A stretch of DNA of 32,000 nucleotides, from positions 431,335 through 463,334 of the forward strand of contig JBDXCG010000004.1 of assembly GCA_039980455.1 (NCBI GenBank), read 5' to 3'. Below, in pieces: positions 23,429 through 31,442 of this stretch; positions within the stretch are counted from its first letter, which is position 1; each line of letters opens with the position of its first letter. The position numbers and the translations under genes are program-made. The notes beneath the pieces are model-generated. The model searched no databases and was not told the origin of the DNA. It saw nothing but the letters and a program-made list of their open reading frames with translations. This stretch comes from Halioglobus sp. (GTDB lineage Bacteria > Pseudomonadota > Gammaproteobacteria > Pseudomonadales > Halieaceae).

Positions 23429-24805
23429 ATGTCCGTTGAAATCATCATCCTTGCAGCTGGTCAGGGTACTCGCATGCAGTCTTCGCTTCCCAAAGTGCTG
23501 CATCAGGTGGCCGGAAAGTCTCTGCTGCGCCACGTTATAGACACTGCATCTTTGTTGGAGCCTGCCGCTATCCATGTAGTCGTAGGGCACGGCGCAGAAC
23601 AGGTACAGGCAGAGTGCAGCGATATTGCAGACCTGCAATGGCACTTTCAGGCGGAGCGGTTGGGTACCGGGCACGCTGTCATGCAGGCAATTCCCGCCCT
23701 GTCCCAAGATAGTCAGGTAGTAGTGCTGTATGGCGATGTGCCCCTGCTGAGGCTCGAGTCTCTTCAAGACTTAATTCAGGCGAGTAAAGCCGGCCCTGCG
23801 TTGTTGACCGCAAAGTTAGCTAACCCGGCGGGCTACGGTCGCATTTTGCGCTCCCAGACGGGGGAGTTACTCGGTGTGGTAGAGGACAAGGACGCCTCGG
23901 TAGAGCAGCGATCGATCGCTGAGATCAATACGGGCGTACTGGCTTCGCCAGCAGCTGATCTGAAACATTACCTTCCGCAGGTGAACAACGACAATAGCCA
24001 AGGCGAATACTATTTACCCGATATTCTGCCGTTGGTGCTAAGCGCGGGTAAGTCTATTACCAGCACCCTCGTGACAGATGAAATGGATGTATTGGGTGTG
24101 AACGATCGCGCTCAGCTGCATGCAGTGGAGCGCGAATATCAAATGCGCGCTGCGCAGGCGTTGATGCGCGAAGGCGTAACGTTGGCAGATGCCAGCCGGT
24201 TCGATGTACGTGGAAGCCTGCGCTGTGGAAAAAATGTGTTTATCGACATCAATGCTGTCTTCATAGGCGACGTTGAGCTCGGGGATGATGTGCGCATCGG
24301 CCCTAACTGTGTCGTAGCCAATTCCCGTATCGGCGACGATAGTGATATCCACGCTTTCTCGCATGTCGAGGGCGCGCTAGTGGAGCGTGGCGGATCCGTA
24401 GGCCCTTATGCTCGTCTGCGCCCAGGCACCGAGTTGGCAGCGGGCGCACGGATTGGCAACTTCGTTGAAACGAAGAAGGCTCGCATAGGTGCGGGCAGCA
24501 AGGTTAACCATTTGTCGTATGTGGGCGATTGCGAAATGGGCGCCAGTGTAAACGTGGGCGCTGGCACTATCACCTGCAACTACGATGGCGTGAACAAGCA
24601 CCTAACTCGCATTGGCGATGGTGTTTTTGTTGGTTCTAATTCCACGTTGGTCGCGCCCGTCACGATCGAATCGGAGGGCTTTGTTGCTGCCGGCTCTACA
24701 GTCACGAAGACGGTGGGTGCTGGTGACCTGGCCGTGAGCCGGGCAAAGCAGCGCAATATTGAAGGCTGGACGCGGCCGCAGAAACCAATGCAAGGAGAGA
24801 GTTGA
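23429..24805 (+). CDS. glmU: Bifunctional UDP-N-acetylglucosamine pyrophosphorylase / glucosamine-1-phosphate N-acetyltransferase
   Basis: The ORF begins MSVEIIILAAGQGTRMQSSLPKVLH and has C-terminal left-handed beta-helix hexapeptide repeats. The track start at 23402 was trimmed to the conserved ATG. Confidence 0.96.
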   Translation: MSVEIIILAAGQGTRMQSSLPKVLHQVAGKSLLRHVIDTASLLEPAAIHVVVGHGAEQVQAECSDIADLQWHFQAERLGTGHAVMQAIPALSQDSQVVVLYGDVPLLRLESLQDLIQASKAGPALLTAKLANPAGYGRILRSQTGELLGVVEDKDASVEQRSIAEINTGVLASPAADLKHYLPQVNNDNSQGEYYLPDILPLVLSAGKSITSTLVTDEMDVLGVNDRAQLHAVEREYQMRAAQALMREGVTLADASRFDVRGSLRCGKNVFIDINAVFIGDVELGDDVRIGPNCVVANSRIGDDSDIHAFSHVEGALVERGGSVGPYARLRPGTELAAGARIGNFVETKKARIGAGSKVNHLSYVGDCEMGASVNVGAGTITCNYDGVNKHLTRIGDGVFVGSNSTLVAPVTIESEGFVAAGSTVTKTVGAGDLAVSRAKQRNIEGWTRPQKPMQGES

Positions 24806-24806
24806 G

Positions 24807-26636
24807 ATGTGCGGAATCGTGGCTGCCACTGCCAGAAGAGAGGTTTCGGAAATTCTATTGGAGGGTTTGCGCCGTCTGGAATACCGCGGCTATGATTCCG
24901 CAGGCATGGCGCTGATCGATAATGAGCACCATCTGCAGATGCATAAGCAGCAAGGCAAAGTGGCTGTCTTGGAACAGTCCCAGTCAATGCAACCGATTTT
25001 GGGTTGTGTTGGAATAGCACACACGCGCTGGGCAACGCATGGGGAACCCTCGGCGGCGAATGCTCATCCGCACATCTCGTCTGAGCGCGTTGCCTTGGTT
25101 CACAACGGCATCATTGAAAATCATGTGCAATTGAGGAATGAGCTCACGTCGGAAGGATTTGAGTTTAGCTCCGCGACTGATACTGAGGTTGTTGTGCACC
25201 TGATTGGCCAGCAACTCAATGCCGGCCATAGCCTGTTAGCCGCCATGCAAGCCACCGTAAACCGGCTGGAAGGCGCCTATGCGCTGGCCGCCATTGACAC
25301 CCAACACCCAGAAGAAATTGTAGCCGCCCGTGAAGGTAGTCCACTGGTGATTGGTGTGGGTATAGGCGAGAACTTTCTTGCGTCAGACCAAATGGCGCTA
25401 CGCCAGGTGACCGATAGGTTTATCTATCTCGAAGAGGGTGATGTTGTATCTGCCACTCCAACGCAGCTCTCGATATTCTCATCTTCGGGTGAGCCGGTAA
25501 CCCGGCCGCAAACGACCATATCAGCTGCCTTTGAAGTGGCTGATCGCGGTGAGTTTGAGCATTTTATGCTCAAGGAGATTTATGAACAGCCACGTGCCTT
25601 AGCAGCGACACTAGGATCTGTCGCTGATGGTCCTTTATTAGACGCTCGTTTCGGGCCGAGGGCAGCAGAGATCTTCGATCAGGTGGAATCCGTACAGATT
25701 GTGGCCTGCGGTACCAGTTTTCATGCGGGCCTGGTAGCGCGCTACTGGCTGGAAGACATCGCGGGCATACCCTGTGAAGTAGAAGTGGCCTCTGAATTTC
25801 GCTACCGCAAGCGCAAGCAACATGCCAATACCCTGCTGGTTACTGTTTCTCAGTCTGGAGAAACTGCAGACACGCTAGCGGCTTTACGCAATGCAACAGA
25901 GGCCGAGTTTTTAGCTAGTCTCGTAATTGCAAACGTCGACAATTCCTCCCTGGTGCGCGAGAGCGAGCTGGCTTTCCTGACTCTCGCAGGTACTGAGATA
26001 GGCGTTGCTTCCACCAAGGCGTTTACTACGCAGCTCGTCGCATTTTTGCTACTGACCATCGCGTTGGGGCGCAGACACGGGCTTGATAAGACCCTCGAGC
26101 AGCGATTATTGGAAGAGATGCGGGAACTTCCCGCCTGGGTTGATCAAGTGTTGCAGCTCGACCGTGATATTCAGCAAATGTCAGAAGCTTTCATTCAAAA
26201 GCATCACGCGCTTTTTCTTGGCCGCGGTGTTCACTATCCCATTGCGATGGAGGGGGCACTGAAACTCAAGGAGATCTCCTATATCCACGCCGAAGCCTAT
26301 CCGGCCGGCGAACTAAAGCACGGTCCATTAGCCCTTGTGGATGCCGACATGCCTGTTATCGCTGTTGCGCCCACTGATGACTTGCTGGAAAAGTTGAAAT
26401 CCAATCTGGAGGAAGTGCGTTCAAGGGGCGGGGAGCTCTATGTATTTGCCGACAATGTTGATGGGTTTAAAGATGAGCAGCGAGTACATGTTTTGCCAAT
26501 GCCGCATTGTCCTGAAAGCTTGAAGCCCGTGCTCTATACCGTTGCTTTGCAGCTACTGTCTTACCATGTTGCATTGCAGAAAGGCACGGATGTCGACAAG
26601 CCGCGTAATCTGGCCAAATCAGTAACAGTTGAATAG
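24807..26636 (+). CDS. glmS: Glutamine--fructose-6-phosphate aminotransferase
   Basis: The ORF begins MCGIVAA, giving the N-terminal catalytic Cys after Met removal. It has two SIS domains and the conserved C-terminus KPRNLAKSVTVE. The ATG lies 1 nt after the glmU stop. Confidence 0.97.
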   Translation: MCGIVAATARREVSEILLEGLRRLEYRGYDSAGMALIDNEHHLQMHKQQGKVAVLEQSQSMQPILGCVGIAHTRWATHGEPSAANAHPHISSERVALVHNGIIENHVQLRNELTSEGFEFSSATDTEVVVHLIGQQLNAGHSLLAAMQATVNRLEGAYALAAIDTQHPEEIVAAREGSPLVIGVGIGENFLASDQMALRQVTDRFIYLEEGDVVSATPTQLSIFSSSGEPVTRPQTTISAAFEVADRGEFEHFMLKEIYEQPRALAATLGSVADGPLLDARFGPRAAEIFDQVESVQIVACGTSFHAGLVARYWLEDIAGIPCEVEVASEFRYRKRKQHANTLLVTVSQSGETADTLAALRNATEAEFLASLVIANVDNSSLVRESELAFLTLAGTEIGVASTKAFTTQLVAFLLLTIALGRRHGLDKTLEQRLLEEMRELPAWVDQVLQLDRDIQQMSEAFIQKHHALFLGRGVHYPIAMEGALKLKEISYIHAEAYPAGELKHGPLALVDADMPVIAVAPTDDLLEKLKSNLEEVRSRGGELYVFADNVDGFKDEQRVHVLPMPHCPESLKPVLYTVALQLLSYHVALQKGTDVDKPRNLAKSVTVE

Positions 26637-26855
26637 CGGTGGGGGTCTGCTTAGTAGGCGTGTTGTTCTTGGCGTCATTGCCAACATAGACGGATGGCCG
26701 AGAGCAGCCCATACGTAAAACCCTAAGCGTGTACTATACTATTTTCGAACTGTCTGAGCCGCTAATGCGTCTTGGTGCGTGACATGACTGGCGGTTCGGA
26801 GTCGAGTTAGCGCCTTGCACCCCGGGTTAAACTTTCTGACAAAGAGGAAAACGGA

Positions 26856-27332
26856 ATGAGAAATATACTGCGCGTAAACGTGGTGCTTAAAGCACTGTTG
26901 GTTACGGCTATCTGCAGCTTCAGCCCATCACTGCTGGCTGACGCAACCGAGCAGAAAGTCTGGATTAAGGCTGTAGATAATGGGTCTCAATGTGAGGTTT
27001 CGGCCTATTTCAAGGGTGACAAAGATAACTGCAAAAACAAAAAGGCGAACGGCCGTGGAGACTGCTCCAAAGAGGAGGGCTGCGTTTGCACCCGACAGGA
27101 AAAACACATTACCTGGCAGATGGAGGGTAAAGAATCTTTCACCATAGGGTTTGATGAGGGAGACACTAACCCATTCATTACAAAAGGCGAGAGTGACTGT
27201 AATTTCAAGAGCAACAAGAAGGGCAAGTTACGCTGCCGTGTGAAAACCAAGAATATCCCGAAAGGGATGTACAGCTACAACGTAGCGGTACCTCATTGTG
27301 AGACCACAACGCTGAAGCTCAAGATTTATTGA
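26856..27332 (+). CDS. Hypothetical secreted Cys-rich, Lys-rich small protein
   Basis: The 158-aa ORF has GAGGAA upstream of the ATG. It carries a signal peptide (LLVTAICSFSPSLLA|DA). The mature part of about 130 aa has 8 Cys, many Lys and a beta-strand-like periodicity. I recognise no family. Confidence 0.6.
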   Translation: MRNILRVNVVLKALLVTAICSFSPSLLADATEQKVWIKAVDNGSQCEVSAYFKGDKDNCKNKKANGRGDCSKEEGCVCTRQEKHITWQMEGKESFTIGFDEGDTNPFITKGESDCNFKSNKKGKLRCRVKTKNIPKGMYSYNVAVPHCETTTLKLKIY

Positions 27333-27375
27333 TAGCGAGCGAGACAAGCAGTTACATAGGAACTTATAGACAATA

Positions 27376-27408
27376 GGACCGTATCGCCCCAGGTGGGCGG
27401 CACAGTCC
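27376..27408. terminator. Imperfect hairpin between convergent genes (possible bidirectional terminator)
   Basis: GGACCGT..CGCCC-CAGGT-GGGCG..ACAGTCC forms an inner perfect 5-bp stem and an outer 7-bp stem with one mismatch. There is no strong U-tract on either strand. Confidence 0.3.
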
Positions 27409-27423
27409 TGCGTCTTAACATAC

Positions 27424-27795
27424 TTATTCGGCGTTGGCGGCCTTATATTCGCGGATCTCAGTGTTGAACTGTCCTGCGACGTCCTCTTCTACAGAAACAG
27501 CGGCGTTGTAAGTATCTACCAGCTCTGTATAGGCTTCTTTGGCAGCCGCTTTGTCACCATCGCTGGCCTCTTCGACCGCGGTTTCTGCGGCATTCATCGC
27601 CTTTTCCACGCAGGCCATGTAGTCGATATTGGCAGCCTGAAAAGCCTTAACCGCTTTTTGACCCTCGAGCATATCTTCCATTGTTGAGCTAGCGCCATCC
27701 GGCATGGTGGGTGCTTCGGGCATATCACAGTCCAGTGCCATGGCAGGAGCGGCAACCAGAGACAGTGCCAGCAGAGTGGATTTTATTGTCTTCAT
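27424..27795 (-). CDS. Hypothetical small periplasmic alpha-helical protein
   Basis: Trimmed to MKTIKSTLLALSLVAAPAMA|LDCD, a clear signal peptide. The mature part is about 100 aa, acidic, Ala/Glu-rich and has two Cys. It is on the same strand as the SPOR gene and 83 nt downstream of it. I recognise no family. Confidence 0.6.
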   Translation of the reverse strand: MKTIKSTLLALSLVAAPAMALDCDMPEAPTMPDGASSTMEDMLEGQKAVKAFQAANIDYMACVEKAMNAAETAVEEASDGDKAAAKEAYTELVDTYNAAVSVEEDVAGQFNTEIREYKAANAE

Positions 27796-27878
27796 ATGAG
27801 ATCTCTTCGCTTTGTAAATGTGTAAATGCGCCACATTAGCAGGACATAGCGAGGCTGCCAAGCCGTACCAGCACAGGA

Positions 27879-29114
27879 CTATTGCTGGCCAACCCAGAGC
27901 TTTGAAAGGCCGTGTGTTCGCTCCAGCTGTGCCGCGACACGCTGTGCATCAGCTTTACTCGCAAGTCCTACGATTCGTACACGATAAACGGAGCCCCCTG
28001 AGCTATCTGCAGCGGCAACGATGACGCTACCGCTACCGGGCTTGAGCCGATCGGCCCATTCCTGAGCCTTAGCACGCTGGCTATAGGATCCAAAGTTCAC
28101 AAACCAGCCATCGGTGCTGCTACTGCTGGCTTCATTTTTAGGTGTTGATGAGGCTTCACTATTACTCGCAGGTGTTGCTGTGCGAACCGGCGCTGGGTTG
28201 GCCTTTGCCACAACAGGGGCAGCTTGTACGGGAGTGACTGCTTGCTCCAGCTGCTGTTGTAGTGAAGTGACTTGGGCAGAGAGCGAGGTGTTGTCATTAG
28301 TGAGGCCATCAAGCTCTGCCTGCAAGCGCGCGTTTTCTGATTCCAACCCACGAGAGCGGCCTCTTTCTGCTTCGATGTCTTGCTGTTCTACTGCCGTGGC
28401 AAGCCTCGCACGAAGCTCTGTGAGCTCGGCTTCTGCGGCAGCACGTTCCTTAATCACGCCATAGCCGCCTGCGGCAAGCAATGCCAGTGCGACGACGGCC
28501 ACGATTATCAGCCCAACTGGCAATTTTTGGGGTTCTTCTAGGTACTCATTGTCTTCATAGTCATCATCATTCTCATCGTCGACGATTTCGTCTTCCCAGA
28601 GTTCTTCCTCAGAGTCTTCTTCTGCGTACTCAAGCGATGACTCGTCTTCTGATTCAACTGACGCAACTGACGCAACTGACGCAACCGAGGCGACTGGGGC
28701 AAGGCTGCTCTCGAGCGCAGTATCGACAGAATAGTCGTCAGCCAGTGTTGCATCTGGCTCGTCATCCCAAGGGCTTCTGTCGGGTTGCTCGGGAGACTGT
28801 TCATTTAACTCTGCGTGATCATCGTCTTCCCACACGCCACCGATTGAGTCGTCTGCAGAGACTACTTCTTCGTCTTCAGCCGGGGGCAGCGCTTCATTTG
28901 CAAACTCATCGTCTTCAAAGGGCTCATCATCATAACTTTCACTGGTATAGTCGCTGGCGAAGTCTTCGGCTTCGATATCATCGACTTCAAGCTCAGTATC
29001 GTTATCAAAGAGAGAAAAAGTAGGCTCTTTCCTGAAAGTATCAGGCTCTGCGGTAGATGGCCTACGCTGGTCAGCGGTGTTGTTGTCCCTGTCGTCATCG
29101 TTGTCGTTGTTCAT
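27879..29114 (-). CDS. Bitopic SPOR-domain protein with a hyper-acidic cytoplasmic N-terminal region (DamX/FtsN-like architecture)
   Basis: The 411-aa ORF has a first ~200 residues with about 75 D/E and about 7 K/R by hand count. A TM segment (VGLIIVAVVALALLAAGGYGVI) follows. Next come a coiled-coil-like segment (AELTELRARLATAVEQQ...LQAELDGL...LQQQLEQ) and a Pro/Ala/Ser linker. The C-terminus is SPOR-like (WFVNFGSYSQRAKAQEWADRL...YRVRIVGLASKADAQRVAAQL). Confidence 0.8.
   Translation of the reverse strand: MNNDNDDDRDNNTADQRRPSTAEPDTFRKEPTFSLFDNDTELEVDDIEAEDFASDYTSESYDDEPFEDDEFANEALPPAEDEEVVSADDSIGGVWEDDDHAELNEQSPEQPDRSPWDDEPDATLADDYSVDTALESSLAPVASVASVASVASVESEDESSLEYAEEDSEEELWEDEIVDDENDDDYEDNEYLEEPQKLPVGLIIVAVVALALLAAGGYGVIKERAAAEAELTELRARLATAVEQQDIEAERGRSRGLESENARLQAELDGLTNDNTSLSAQVTSLQQQLEQAVTPVQAAPVVAKANPAPVRTATPASNSEASSTPKNEASSSSTDGWFVNFGSYSQRAKAQEWADRLKPGSGSVIVAAADSSGGSVYRVRIVGLASKADAQRVAAQLERTHGLSKLWVGQQ
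28655..28690. repeat. In-frame 9-bp tandem repeat (CAACTGACG x3 perfect plus one degenerate copy) encoding (VAS)n
   Basis: CAACTGACG occurs at 28655-28663, 28664-28672 and 28673-28681, followed by CAACCGAGG. On the minus strand the repeat reads VASVASVASVASVES within the SPOR-domain gene. Confidence 0.85.
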
Positions 29115-29270
29115 GAGGCGTATGAGTCTCCATGCGACGGGTTATGTCAGCATGGTAACAGACAAGAAGCAGCGCTGTTTAGTCGAGATCGAGTGGTGTA
29201 GTGCATATTTATCCGCGCTCTTTGCGGTGGTAGCGATGAGTAAGGCGCCGAAGTTCGGTAGAATGCATCG

Positions 29271-31421
29271 ATGGACGTATCCGATATTCTTTCCCCTCTT
29301 AATGACGCCCAGCGTGAAGCTGTTGCGGCCGACAGTCAGAATCAATTGGTGCTTGCCGGCGCAGGTAGCGGCAAGACGCGCGTGCTGGTGCATAGGATTG
29401 CTTGGCTGATTCGAGCGCTGGACTTCTCGCCTTACTCGATTCTGGCGGTCACCTTCACCAACAAGGCGGCGCGCGAGATGCGCAGTCGCATCGAAGAGAT
29501 GCTGCATATTCCTACTCACGGTATGTGGGTGGGCACATTTCATGGACTCGCTCATCGGCTGCTTAAGGCGCACTGGAAAGAGGCGGGACTGCCCCAGAAC
29601 TTCCAGATTCTCGACGGTGATGATCAACTGCGGTTGGTAAAGCGCGTTTGCAGGGAGCTGGAGCTGGACGAGTCCCGCTGGCCACCTAAGCAGGCGCTGT
29701 GGTTCATCAATGGGCAGAAAGATGAGGGCTTGCGTGCCGCGCATATTGAAGCACCGCCAGGAGACCTGTTTCAGCAGACCATGTTGCAAGTTTACCGGGC
29801 GTACGAGATTGCCTGTGAGCGCGGTGGAATGGTGGATTTTGCTGAGCTCTTACTTAGAGCCCATGAGTTGTGGCTGAAAAACCCCGATGTGCTTGCACAC
29901 TATCAGGGCCGCTTTCGCCAGATACTGGTAGATGAGTTTCAGGATACCAATAGCATTCAATACGCTTGGCTCAGAGTGCTTGCGGGCAAGCAGATACCGA
30001 TCGTGGCGGTTGGTGACGATGACCAGTCTATCTACGGCTGGCGCGGCGCAAAAATCGAGAACATACAGCGTTTCACCGAAGACTTTGTCGGCACTCAGAC
30101 GGTGAGGCTGGAGCAGAACTACCGGTCAACACAAACGATTCTTCGCGCCGCCAACGGCGTGATAGCGCACAATTTCGGCCGCTTGGGTAAGGAGCTGTGG
30201 ACGGCGGGTGACAACGGAGAACCTATCACGCTCTATGCCGGCTTCAATGAACAGGATGAGGCACGATATATAGTAGAACAGGCACAAGCGTGGGCGGAGG
30301 AGGGCAACGAACGAGCTTCGATAGCGATCCTGTACCGATCCAATGCACAATCGCGGGTGCTGGAAGAAGCGCTGATTCGAAGTGGCATTCCCTATCGAAT
30401 CTACGGTGGTCAGCGCTTCTATGAGCGGTTGGAAATTCGCAATGCACTGGCCTATTTGCGCTTGCTGCTCAATCGGGGCGATGACGCTGCCGTAGAGCGC
30501 GTTATCAACACGCCGCCGCGGGGTATTGGTAGTAAAACACTGGATACCGTGCGAACGGCTGCGCGCGAGCGCTCTATCTCGCTCTGGCAGTCGATTGCAG
30601 CAGTTATAGACGAGAAGCTCTTGCCCGCGCGGGCACTGACTGCGTTGGATGGCTTTCGTATTCTGGTAAATGAGCTCGACTCGGGCACCGATGAAATGCC
30701 GCTGCACGAACTGATAGAGCATGTGAACCATGCGTCTCACCTTGTAGATCTGTACGAGAAAGAAAAGGGCGAGAAGGGGCAGGCGAGACTGGAAAATCTC
30801 GATGAACTGATTAACGCCGGGAAGCAGTTTGTTGCTGAAGACCCGGAATTGTCGCCCCTCCAACAGTTCCTAGATAACGCAGCGCTTGATGCTGGCGATG
30901 CGCAGGCGGATGCGCACGAAGACAGCATACAGCTGATGACACTGCACTCAGCTAAGGGTCTCGAGTTTCCACTGGTGTTTCTGGCAGGCATGGAGGAGAA
31001 CCTGTTTCCGCATCGCATGTCGCTCGAAGAGCCAGGCCGTTTGGAGGAGGAACGTCGCTTGTGTTACGTGGGAATAACCCGCGCGATGCAACGGCTGGTT
31101 ATAACTTACGCCGAGTCGCGGCGGCTTCATGGCAACGAGAACTACAATACTCCTTCGCGTTTCATTCGCGAAATACCAGCAGACTTACTGCAGGAAGTAC
31201 GATTGCACAATACGGTGATGCGTCCCGTAAGTGCATTGTCCCAGGCAGAGGTGCCTGATACGGGCCTCAGCCTTGGTCAGGCGGTATACCATCAGATTTT
31301 TGGTGAAGGCGTCGTGCTAAACTTTGAAGGGCGTGGTGCAAACGCACGCGTGGAAGTTAACTTTGATAGCGAAGGCAGCAAATGGCTCGTCGTGCAGTAC
31401 GCGAACCTGCAGTTGCTCTAA
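29271..31421 (+). CDS. uvrD: DNA helicase II (UvrD), SF1 family
   Basis: The 716-aa ORF begins MDVSDILSPLNDAQREAVAADSQNQLVLAGAGSGKTRVLVHRIAWL, near-identical in pattern to E. coli UvrD. It also has the helicase motifs ILVDEFQDTN, QNYRST and VGITRA. Confidence 0.93.
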   Translation: MDVSDILSPLNDAQREAVAADSQNQLVLAGAGSGKTRVLVHRIAWLIRALDFSPYSILAVTFTNKAAREMRSRIEEMLHIPTHGMWVGTFHGLAHRLLKAHWKEAGLPQNFQILDGDDQLRLVKRVCRELELDESRWPPKQALWFINGQKDEGLRAAHIEAPPGDLFQQTMLQVYRAYEIACERGGMVDFAELLLRAHELWLKNPDVLAHYQGRFRQILVDEFQDTNSIQYAWLRVLAGKQIPIVAVGDDDQSIYGWRGAKIENIQRFTEDFVGTQTVRLEQNYRSTQTILRAANGVIAHNFGRLGKELWTAGDNGEPITLYAGFNEQDEARYIVEQAQAWAEEGNERASIAILYRSNAQSRVLEEALIRSGIPYRIYGGQRFYERLEIRNALAYLRLLLNRGDDAAVERVINTPPRGIGSKTLDTVRTAARERSISLWQSIAAVIDEKLLPARALTALDGFRILVNELDSGTDEMPLHELIEHVNHASHLVDLYEKEKGEKGQARLENLDELINAGKQFVAEDPELSPLQQFLDNAALDAGDAQADAHEDSIQLMTLHSAKGLEFPLVFLAGMEENLFPHRMSLEEPGRLEEERRLCYVGITRAMQRLVITYAESRRLHGNENYNTPSRFIREIPADLLQEVRLHNTVMRPVSALSQAEVPDTGLSLGQAVYHQIFGEGVVLNFEGRGANARVEVNFDSEGSKWLVVQYANLQLL

Positions 31422-31442
31422 CATACGACAGGACACTCACAG

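Noticed and set aside
24580-25035. 151-aa minus-strand ORF across the glmU/glmS junction
   Set aside because: It is antisense to two highly conserved genes and shows no independent coding signal.
26637-26855. Possible Tn7, Tn7-like or CRISPR-associated transposon insertion at attTn7 downstream of glmS
   Set aside because: I found no TGT/ACA terminal inverted repeats, no repeated TnsB-binding motifs, no tnsABCD or cas genes, and no direct-repeat and spacer array between glmS and uvrD.
28481-29023. 180-aa plus-strand ORF (His/Arg/Leu/Gln-rich) and other ORFs overlapping the SPOR gene
   Set aside because: It is the complementary-strand reading of the Asp/Glu-codon-rich low-complexity region (GAN/GAR codons read antisense as NTC/YTC). 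The minus-strand frame gives a coherent TM, coiled-coil and SPOR architecture.
29115-29270. SOS (LexA) box upstream of uvrD, as in E. coli
   Set aside because: I found no CTGT-N8-ACAG match. The closest candidates are CTGTTTAGTCGAGATC and ATGT-N10-ACAG, which fail in half-site or spacing. No claim is made about SOS regulation.
29142-29789. 215-aa minus-strand ORF spanning the uvrD 5' end and the divergent spacer
   Set aside because: It is antisense to the well-supported uvrD N-terminus (Walker A region). It has no ribosome-binding site and an arbitrary composition, so it is an artefact.
30126-30863. 245-aa minus-strand ORF, the largest unexplained ORF in the track
   Set aside because: It lies entirely antisense within uvrD, whose reading frame carries all SF1 helicase motifs. 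Its translation is Arg/Leu/Gln-rich with no start-site context or recognisable domain, as expected for a mirror-frame artefact.
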